From the IMG/VR virus record IMGVR_UViG_3300017963_000206: a stretch of DNA of 64,000 nucleotides; one strand, given 5' to 3'. How positions within the stretch are numbered: the first letter of the stretch is position 1; each line of letters opens with the position of its first letter. This document shows positions 28,201 to 35,300 of the stretch, piece by piece. The notes beneath the pieces are model-generated. The model did no database searches. It was not told where the DNA came from and saw nothing but the letters and a program-made list of their open reading frames with translations. Position numbers and translations under genes: made by a program. Source of the stretch: a virus.

Positions 28201-30868
28201 CCATGTGCTTTAAATATGTCTGCACGTTATCGCTGAAGGTTTCGTTATACCGTGTATCACGAGTTAAAATATCCACATCTCTCCCGAAACCGTTCACAAC
28301 GATAGAACCCACGATGTAAGCATAAGGACGCATCGTTAAAAAGTCCTGCATTTCCTTTTCTATATCAAAGTCCGATGCGTTCTTCTGATTTTTAGATAGA
28401 CGGTCAATGTCCGTAGAGATACGGTGTTCGAGTCCACGTCCCCGGATTTCATTCGCAACAAATTGGTGTGCGTTCACGAGAGGCTCAATCGTCTTGCCTT
28501 CTTTTTTCCATTGGTAATAAAGTGCATGGAGTCTTGCGTGAATCATCATCAGTTCGGTTACATCAAGACTGTGCAACCAATCCGGGTCTATTTTTTCTAT
28601 CGGGATGTTGCTCACACCGAAGAGCCATGTATCATCCGTGGACAATTCAGCCAACCCGGAACGAAGCTCTACTTTGGGGATGTTAAGGAAAATATCTTCC
28701 CGGTATTTATGATTATTATACATGAGCGCATTAAGGTCTGCTCTCCACCGAACATCTTTCAAAGCCGTTCCGACTTTCCATCTCCGTGTGTCTTTGAAAG
28801 GGAGTTCCATGCTCGATACAATTATTTCCGGGTACGAATCTTTCCCCTTCCGTGTCAAAGTATAAAGGTGACGACCATTCGCAAGGAATTTTCTCGTGAG
28901 AAGTTTTTTATAACGGTCAGTCGGATTAGTGGTCCAGAAGAAATCACCTTCGACATGCGCGAGTAAGTTGAAGAACTTCTCAAGATTTTCCGCATTCTGA
29001 AATTCTTCCGTCTTGAATGCCTTTGAAAAATTAAGTTTTGTCGGCGGGTCAAGATAAAAGAATGTTCTCGGACTGTCGTACTCTTTCATTACATCCAAAC
29101 CATCCTCTTGAGTGATGGTCGGATTAATTGCTTTCATTGCTTCACGGAACCTGTTTATTTTTTTGTCCGAAAGAAGATTATGGATACGTTCTTCCCTGTC
29201 GGCAGAGAAAGAGTCTCTCAATCCCTGCCACGAATATATCGTTGTGTATATAAGTTTGTAAACTTTTTCGAGCATCGTTGTCGCTGCGGTGTTCTTCAGC
29301 CTCTTGAAAGTTTCCTTCTTCGGTCTCCAATCGAAACCGCGAAGCTTTTCAAGTTGCTCATCCGTTCCATCACGGAGGAAACGTAACCACGCTACAACGA
29401 GAGGGTCAGTGTCATTCAACACTACCGTCTTACCTTTAAGTTTTTCGATGTTGTGGAAGAATAATGTAGCCCCGCCAGCGAAAGGCTCAACATATTTATC
29501 ATATTTACTGAAGTCTTCAAACTGACTGAGAACATCGAGCATGAATCCCCGGCCTCCTCCGATTGGAAGCGGTCTCTTCATAAGAACTTCTTCGGAGACT
29601 TCCATTTTTGCCAATTGGATATGTTCCATACTGGAAGGCCACTTCAATTCTTCCGAAGTGGATAGCACGATGTAATCACTTAATCTTTCTGCATTGAAGT
29701 TGCGGAGAAAAGAACTCGCCTTCACAACTTTACATCTCTTCAGAAAAGCCAGTATAAGAGGAAAATCTTCCGTGGCGAAATCGAATTCCTTTGCGAGACG
29801 ATTCACTTCTTCGGTGTTGGTGAGGCAATCCGGGTAAGACAATACCATCGGCTTAATCTGTTTGAACATTCCATCACTTAAGGCCGCGATATTTTTTCCG
29901 GCCTTCGTGTAGATATATGGAAGATACCGTAGTTTCGGTTCGTAAAGAACCATGTTATCACGACCTGAAGAAAGCAATTGCGTTGACACCGCTCTCGCTT
30001 CTTCGAGTAAATTTTTTGAAAGTCTTTGTGGATGCGGGATAAAAAATTCTCCGGGCTTCTCCGGGTCAACGGGTTTCGGCATTTTCTGTTTCACGACTTC
30101 GCCGTTCATCCGTTCCCAAAGAACATTATTCCCTTCAACCTGAACTGTCTTCCCGTCCCATGTTGGAATCGCAAGGGTTCTCGGAGCAATCCTCTTGGAA
30201 GATTCATTAAGCCAATCAAGTAAATCTTCCGGACTCATTTTGATAGCGTCTTTGCCGAAATGATGAATAAGCATCACAGGAATTTTAAATGAGTTACACC
30301 AGCGGAGTTGTTTCTGAAGTGAACCGTGTCCGTGCATCTCACCGGAATCTTCGTCTCTCCTGCGAGTATCCTGTTCGAGTTGGTCGCCATCCGCGATAAA
30401 AACGTCCGTATCAAAAAGAATATCAAGCTCCGGTATTTCGAGAACATCGAAAGGTACAACAACTTTTTTGTTGTCGATGTAGAGCGCAAGTCCTGTCACT
30501 GGTGCGTAAGTCGCATGTTTGACAGGGAAGCATTCCACCTCCCAATCCAAGAGTTCGATTTTTCCGTCACGGGGAACGATGCGGATATCCGATGCCTTCA
30601 AACTTTTTGGTAAAAGTTCTTTCGTTGCTTCGGAACAGTAAATCGGAATATCAACCGTGCGGTCCTGCAAGCCTCCGATGTCGTCTATATGACCGTGTGA
30701 GAGATAGATTGCATCCACTTCAGGAAGAGGGGCATCTTTCCAAGTCAGCCCGAAATTAAAAAGGACCGCTTGTTTCTTCCACTCGATTATCATAGCGGAG
30801 AACTGTTTGTGAAGTTCCGAGCTTTGAGGAACGAGTCCACGAGTTCCTAAAAATTGTATCGTAAACAT
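25280..30868 (-). CDS. 1862-aa polyvalent protein: MBL hydrolase - Dam-like MTase - helical - nucleotidyltransferase - OB - helical - ASCH/PUA-like - LigD phosphoesterase-like
   Basis: LSHGHIDD; YVEPFAGGA / LNDTD / YLDPPT; IVGSIV...RDVDIL; RGMVLPDSQAERIMKGEKKAVVKSR; HFRGKSSHLDLRI; LNGKKLKGDF-type C-terminus. Confidence 0.7.
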   Translation of the reverse strand: MFTIQFLGTRGLVPQSSELHKQFSAMIIEWKKQAVLFNFGLTWKDAPLPEVDAIYLSHGHIDDIGGLQDRTVDIPIYCSEATKELLPKSLKASDIRIVPRDGKIELLDWEVECFPVKHATYAPVTGLALYIDNKKVVVPFDVLEIPELDILFDTDVFIADGDQLEQDTRRRDEDSGEMHGHGSLQKQLRWCNSFKIPVMLIHHFGKDAIKMSPEDLLDWLNESSKRIAPRTLAIPTWDGKTVQVEGNNVLWERMNGEVVKQKMPKPVDPEKPGEFFIPHPQRLSKNLLEEARAVSTQLLSSGRDNMVLYEPKLRYLPYIYTKAGKNIAALSDGMFKQIKPMVLSYPDCLTNTEEVNRLAKEFDFATEDFPLILAFLKRCKVVKASSFLRNFNAERLSDYIVLSTSEELKWPSSMEHIQLAKMEVSEEVLMKRPLPIGGGRGFMLDVLSQFEDFSKYDKYVEPFAGGATLFFHNIEKLKGKTVVLNDTDPLVVAWLRFLRDGTDEQLEKLRGFDWRPKKETFKRLKNTAATTMLEKVYKLIYTTIYSWQGLRDSFSADREERIHNLLSDKKINRFREAMKAINPTITQEDGLDVMKEYDSPRTFFYLDPPTKLNFSKAFKTEEFQNAENLEKFFNLLAHVEGDFFWTTNPTDRYKKLLTRKFLANGRHLYTLTRKGKDSYPEIIVSSMELPFKDTRRWKVGTALKDVRWRADLNALMYNNHKYREDIFLNIPKVELRSGLAELSTDDTWLFGVSNIPIEKIDPDWLHSLDVTELMMIHARLHALYYQWKKEGKTIEPLVNAHQFVANEIRGRGLEHRISTDIDRLSKNQKNASDFDIEKEMQDFLTMRPYAYIVGSIVVNGFGRDVDILTRDTRYNETFSDNVQTYLKHMGVPVHIFPDPIGPFTSYKPLVSMGYFREVNKKAVPEELSQYWYEDEDRFCYLSDVVEKLPEFYESKPCVFYSVDKDTYVLHLLSDENTDIKALKFRLSWQLNEVKHRFEEVTEAPEGAKPLFTRGWVPEDAGEIITMSDAEKKDIQKAEKDETEDVSNGKVSAIVVNSQETKTDGVYLYDCALEFGEFKPTPSALVTVEGRNYANVGRFASVIKLNKGDIIELSYRTLDFVRFPNDFSKITLRKLQFENKSDVIDTFASALKKAESFDTLSKQKLKAGENNLETFTQQDLVKSIEKYDPSEVADDVLSDDWKIVNAWFSTVRQGKQFKYDASTVLSVGKKIFRELVRREKVTFRPENLSRNSLEFLQRILSEEIDRGMVLPDSQAERIMKGEKKAVVKSRPFDVPTFILLTGSDGKVYGWLRFGFTRLNTPKQLQGKVKEGETFAKITKEEFEALRDIHNITDDEKEKWWPGSNDLYIYPIREFVKIETKNLIHLPKDNEGFIKGVFIEDQVGSKIENFLPEERTAVELQESKLVIPQTVRNEINKWRNITRKEVAKRSPSSFPEYFFVIENHFRGKSSHLDLRIMQPGKEYLNGFTVLSEVPDTIKKPVLTLKEAAKFSDLDNRKLWKFHPDMDPNKHVRVEMKEKQPPEWLKMVRKVIPPGGPGATKEFPGVFWGVDWGILYPGVTDKGRFNLHKPWFQEFFLYGKKFKGRLVLRYISGDSPHWEAWMAKDQTPYLMTSGARKKKDYIPPKDVSGLSPDFEALIPTELKWWGPDAPDNKDEIFKRMEQARLLLRDKGVLKEAENKDNVVGLAKDAEFTVHYLWSKGPDVVRKLRQEDFIIRVREGNEVTTWNLGKDSPFWIKRGQAYNVQNEVTKNSPPDKHSPVDWMDWEGELPPSHPLNPNKELPLNVEVLDAGDVDIISETSESLHYRFNGKKLKGDFIFVREDANTPNWRFQKGKLPKKAESTVSSF

Positions 30869-30877
30869 GGTTTTCCC

Positions 30878-32467
30878 CTAGACGCAAATGGTCGTAGGAC
30901 CAGAGGTGAAACCTCTGTCCGTGAGTTTCATCAGTTTTCCTATATCGAAGTTAGCGAACATATAATAAAGCGCACGTTCCGCTTTTTCTTTTTTCTTTTT
31001 CTTTCCGAAGAACGGAGGTCTCTTGACTCCGAGAAACTTAACAAGGTGGTTATCTTTGAAAAGTTTCATTATAGTCGCATGTGCGTTATGTAAAAAGACC
31101 CACTTCCCTTTAACCGATTGCAACAGTTTTGCAAACTTCGGGAAGTCAATATTCTTCGCATCCGTTTTGTAACCAAACCCGAAAGTCACATCAAGATATG
31201 GAGGGTCGCAGAAAAATAAAGCATCCGGGTCGTCTTTAAACTCCTCCACTATTTTCATGCAATCCTGATTCGAGAAAGTTATCCTCTGCAATTTCGCATT
31301 GGATACTATCGCTTGCTCAATAAGTCTCTCAGCACGGACCTTTTTACCAAAGCCGTGTTCGGCATCGTCTTTCGGGACTCCGGTATTGAATTTTGAAAAA
31401 TATCGTTTATCCACTGAGGCAGGGGATTTACCGAGAATGTCTCCGCAACGGGCGAGATAGAAATAGCGGTAAAGTTTTTCGATTGGCTCAGTGGGTTTGG
31501 ATGCTCGGAGTTTTTTCCAGACATCTTTGTTTCTCCTCCACTCCTTTTTCCGCAGAGTCAAAATCTCTTTTATAGAAATATCCTTGAGAAGCTTAAACAG
31601 CATGAGAACTTCACTGTCTATATCATTCATAATGTTTTCATCGACAGGCTTTTTCTCAAGGCTAAAATCTCCCGGTCCGGAGAATACCTCAACGAAACGA
31701 TTGTGAGGAACCATGTCCAACATTCGCGCCAATTGAGGTAAGATGAAATAGAAAGACCCGTAAACAACTACTGGCGAGTTCTTCAATCGGACATCAAAGC
31801 CCATGCGTTCACGCTCTAAAAAATTCGCCGTTGCTACGGACTCACCATAATCATAAGGATTGTCTAGCTGCAATACCTCCCGGACCGGATACATATATAC
31901 ATACTGCACTCCACCGTCTTTAAGTTTCTCTACCTCTTCATCCGAAAGACCGTGGAACTTGGAGTATTTTTCTAATTCTCCGATTTCAACACGCATATAA
32001 ACATCATCGAATTTGTAATCCTTAAGTTCTTTATCAGGGAGTACATTATCTTCGGTGAAACCGAAGCGAATAAAACCCATTTCCGAATCAGTCGTGACCG
32101 CCTTAAAAAATCCAGTGAACGGAGTGGGACTGACCAGCACGAGATATTTTATCTCTTTATTAAGAAGCTGCCGCATTCTCAAATCTGTGAGAAGGAGGGA
32201 CTCATCAGCAATCCCTCCGAGTTGCCACGGGAGAAGCGCGTCATTTTTGTAGGTCATGGTCTCGAAGGTTTGTTTTTTTCTACGCACTATTTCCGAAAGC
32301 ACGACTCTACCCTGCTCGGAAACTTCCGTCCATTCTTCACCTTCACTGACACCCGCTTTCATAAGCTTATCCCAACGCTCTGAAAGCTCACTCCACATTC
32401 CGGAGAGTTCGGCATCAGTGTAATCAACTACAGTTTTTTCAAATTGCGTTTGCAGATTAATCAGCAT
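30878..32467 (-). CDS. ASCH-like plus Dam-family (D12 class) DNA adenine methyltransferase
   Basis: FVEVFSGPG, MNDID and FFCDPPY motifs; N-half resembles the helical+ASCH segment of the neighbouring giant protein. Confidence 0.8.
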   Translation of the reverse strand: MLINLQTQFEKTVVDYTDAELSGMWSELSERWDKLMKAGVSEGEEWTEVSEQGRVVLSEIVRRKKQTFETMTYKNDALLPWQLGGIADESLLLTDLRMRQLLNKEIKYLVLVSPTPFTGFFKAVTTDSEMGFIRFGFTEDNVLPDKELKDYKFDDVYMRVEIGELEKYSKFHGLSDEEVEKLKDGGVQYVYMYPVREVLQLDNPYDYGESVATANFLERERMGFDVRLKNSPVVVYGSFYFILPQLARMLDMVPHNRFVEVFSGPGDFSLEKKPVDENIMNDIDSEVLMLFKLLKDISIKEILTLRKKEWRRNKDVWKKLRASKPTEPIEKLYRYFYLARCGDILGKSPASVDKRYFSKFNTGVPKDDAEHGFGKKVRAERLIEQAIVSNAKLQRITFSNQDCMKIVEEFKDDPDALFFCDPPYLDVTFGFGYKTDAKNIDFPKFAKLLQSVKGKWVFLHNAHATIMKLFKDNHLVKFLGVKRPPFFGKKKKKEKAERALYYMFANFDIGKLMKLTDRGFTSGPTTICV

Positions 32468-32471
32468 GGCT

Positions 32472-35300
32472 TTACTCCATCATCGGACTTGCAAGCCGGG
32501 AAACCAAATCGTATATATCAGGCGACTCTTGAGAAAGAAGAGTCGGTGACTCGAAGAAAAGCCTGAAGCTTTTCGCAAATTCACTCGCGGTCATTCTTCC
32601 TATCATGTTGTACTTCGCTCTAAGATGTTCGAGTATCTCATCATCGTATGTTGAAGATAAAATTTCGTCAATACGAACTTCACGGTCCGTGAAATTCAAT
32701 ACATCGTGCATCAACCTCCCAACGAGTTCCGTCCAGACAGCACCCCAATCTTTCGACCTGTAACGCGAAAGTTGGAAGTATCTCGCATCCGGTAAATATT
32801 TCCCTGCCATTTTTCCGGGAAGCGAGTTATGAAATTCGACAAAATTTATAAGCTCGAATACACCTCTCGATACGAGACAATCCGGAAGCTTTTCCAATGC
32901 TTTAGCGAGTTCCGGAATATCGCTTTTTTCCATAAAATCGAAACGTGTGAGATAGTGAAGATTTTTTTCAATATCCCCGATACGTTTCCAGACTTCAGTA
33001 TGTTCTTCCGCGAGTGCCACGCTACCCCAACCTTCATCATCAACGGCATACCCTAGATTCGCGGTCCACATATTTGCCATAGGTTTGAAACCTTCCGGAA
33101 CTTTCTTTAAAGGTGGTGTATCCTTCCCTGCTTTTTTCACGACCACCATCATACAATCAATATTCGGGTGATGTCCTGCGAAGAAATCTAAAATTACTTC
33201 GAGCTTATTCACGCCCAAATTTGCCGCCGCCGCAGAACAGAATGAACAGGGTTTCGCTCCCAACTGAATATAAGCGAAACCGTATTTCATTTTCTTTGCC
33301 GCTCTTGCCATACCCATATAGTAAGAGCGCATGATTTCAGTCCGGGCTATTTGTAGAGCTTTCCAACTCTTACTCTCTTCAAAATATCTTTCGAGCGTAG
33401 TCCGAAGTTTGTCCATTGACCAACCTTCTTTTTCCGCTCTTAACAACGCACGTTTTACTCCGAGTCTTCCTGATTTCGGTTCCCCTGCGAATAGGTCTCG
33501 TTGCAATCTCCGAGCAATTCTGTTCGCACGGGACTTCATCATCTTGAACTCGGACTTCGGAACGAGAGACCACTTTACTTTCTGTCCCAATTTCCGAGCT
33601 AGTTCCCTTTGGCCTTCCATATACCCACGTCTTAACGCGCCGACTGTAGAGACACGGAAGCTGCCACTTGGGAACATATCTATTTGAATTTCAGGGAACT
33701 CGAAATCTATGCCATCATCTAACTTTACATCTTTTGAGAGATTTTCAAACTTCTTCATTACTCCTGATTGTATTTTACTTATTTCCTCCGCTAATTCTTT
33801 AGCGTAGTCAGTCCCAATCTGTTGAACGTCCTTGCTCGTAAAAAAATCAGGAGCTACCTCCCGAAGCTCATCCTCTGTAAACATATCACCTAAGAGTTGC
33901 ATGATGTCTTCGAGAGAACCGCCATCGTCAAGCAAGTCCCGCAAAGCATCTTGAGCTTCGGTATCACCCTCCCCCGGAGGTTGTTGTTGCGCTGGTACAT
34001 CCGGCCTTATTGGTTCGGGAGGGTCTAATGGGTCTATAAAAGTCCCGGTCTTCTGACTATATACACGGATAACATCTCCATCCGGAAGTCTTGCAAGACC
34101 GAGATATTCTCTTGCCTCATTAATCGTGGCATATCCGCGTTTCCCGATAACTTCGAGAAGTCGGGCGAGCCTTCTTTCATCTTTCGTTTCAACGTAGTTG
34201 AGTTTCAGTTCCCAATCCGTGATACCATATTTTGTTGCGAAGAAATGATTTAACCCGTCCTGTAAAGTTACAACTACTGGACGAATGGTATCTTTCGAGA
34301 ACTGAGTATCCGCTTCCGTGGCATCGACATTTTTCTGTTCGAGACCTACTTTTGTCGGAGGAACTCCGAAGGTAGAGAGAACTTCCTGTCGCACCTGTTC
34401 GCGGCCTTTTATAAATTCGATATCTTGCAGTTTTTCTTGCAAGTCTTTAATGTCCACTTCACCTTCGATTATCAGGCAAGGCGAATGCGCTTTGACCGCA
34501 CCTTGATAATGCTGCCGGATTTCATGTCTGTTACGTTCCGCTTCGGTATGGCTTAATCCTTTTTGGAGTTGGAATATCAGAGTTCGTTTCCCGGCGTTTA
34601 CGAAAATATTCTTATTAAACTGTTGCGCGAAAATATCGGTTATTAAGGAAAGCTCTAAAGCTTCCATATCAGAGTGACCACGAATACCGCCTATAGGATT
34701 CGGGTCAATTATGTGAATGACTTCTTCATCTTCAAAAGGAGTCCCGTACATTGCGCCAGTACGATTAAGGTATTGTATGTACTTCGGGTCTTTAAACTCT
34801 CCGGTGAATGGGTCCACGTTAACCAGTACACGGCCTTGCAATGTATAGACGTTTCTCGGATTATTCATTCCATCAGGTTCGACTTCGTAAAAAACTTCGC
34901 CGCAAATTTTAAGACGGGCTAGACCCCAAAAGATTAAGAAGGATTGTGTCTCGTCCGGATTCGGATGATAAATCAAATCCATCAAAACTTTTTTCTGGTC
35001 GGGGTCGGGGTTTGCTTGCGTCTCTTTTACATATCGAGAAGGGACTATCTGGAAGTGTGTACCGAGTACCGCTCGTGCGATTTGGTTAACCGCAGTTTTT
35101 ACCCACGGATGTTTTCGGTAAAGCGCAAGGTACATATCCTGAATGGCGACTTCGACTCTTTGCTGATAATAACCTCCGCGTCCGGAAGTTATTTTTCCGC
35201 GCCGTTCACCTTCAGCAATATTTTTTGCGAGTTCCGCTTTTTGAAGGGTTATGTTTTCGACCATCTCTCTAAGAGTTGGTACGAAGGGGCTACTTATCAT
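32472..35300 (-). CDS. Portal protein - MuF (gp7-like minor head) - degenerate zincin fusion
   Basis: Portal motifs (GEVFYEV, IIHIIDPNP...RGHS, FGVPPTKVG, TINEAREYLGL); MuF (ALQIARTEI...HHPNIDC); C-terminal EFAKSF..FF..P..L....P..YD. ATG at 35300 preferred over the track start 35528. Confidence 0.85.
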   Translation of the reverse strand: MISSPFVPTLREMVENITLQKAELAKNIAEGERRGKITSGRGGYYQQRVEVAIQDMYLALYRKHPWVKTAVNQIARAVLGTHFQIVPSRYVKETQANPDPDQKKVLMDLIYHPNPDETQSFLIFWGLARLKICGEVFYEVEPDGMNNPRNVYTLQGRVLVNVDPFTGEFKDPKYIQYLNRTGAMYGTPFEDEEVIHIIDPNPIGGIRGHSDMEALELSLITDIFAQQFNKNIFVNAGKRTLIFQLQKGLSHTEAERNRHEIRQHYQGAVKAHSPCLIIEGEVDIKDLQEKLQDIEFIKGREQVRQEVLSTFGVPPTKVGLEQKNVDATEADTQFSKDTIRPVVVTLQDGLNHFFATKYGITDWELKLNYVETKDERRLARLLEVIGKRGYATINEAREYLGLARLPDGDVIRVYSQKTGTFIDPLDPPEPIRPDVPAQQQPPGEGDTEAQDALRDLLDDGGSLEDIMQLLGDMFTEDELREVAPDFFTSKDVQQIGTDYAKELAEEISKIQSGVMKKFENLSKDVKLDDGIDFEFPEIQIDMFPSGSFRVSTVGALRRGYMEGQRELARKLGQKVKWSLVPKSEFKMMKSRANRIARRLQRDLFAGEPKSGRLGVKRALLRAEKEGWSMDKLRTTLERYFEESKSWKALQIARTEIMRSYYMGMARAAKKMKYGFAYIQLGAKPCSFCSAAAANLGVNKLEVILDFFAGHHPNIDCMMVVVKKAGKDTPPLKKVPEGFKPMANMWTANLGYAVDDEGWGSVALAEEHTEVWKRIGDIEKNLHYLTRFDFMEKSDIPELAKALEKLPDCLVSRGVFELINFVEFHNSLPGKMAGKYLPDARYFQLSRYRSKDWGAVWTELVGRLMHDVLNFTDREVRIDEILSSTYDDEILEHLRAKYNMIGRMTASEFAKSFRLFFESPTLLSQESPDIYDLVSRLASPMME

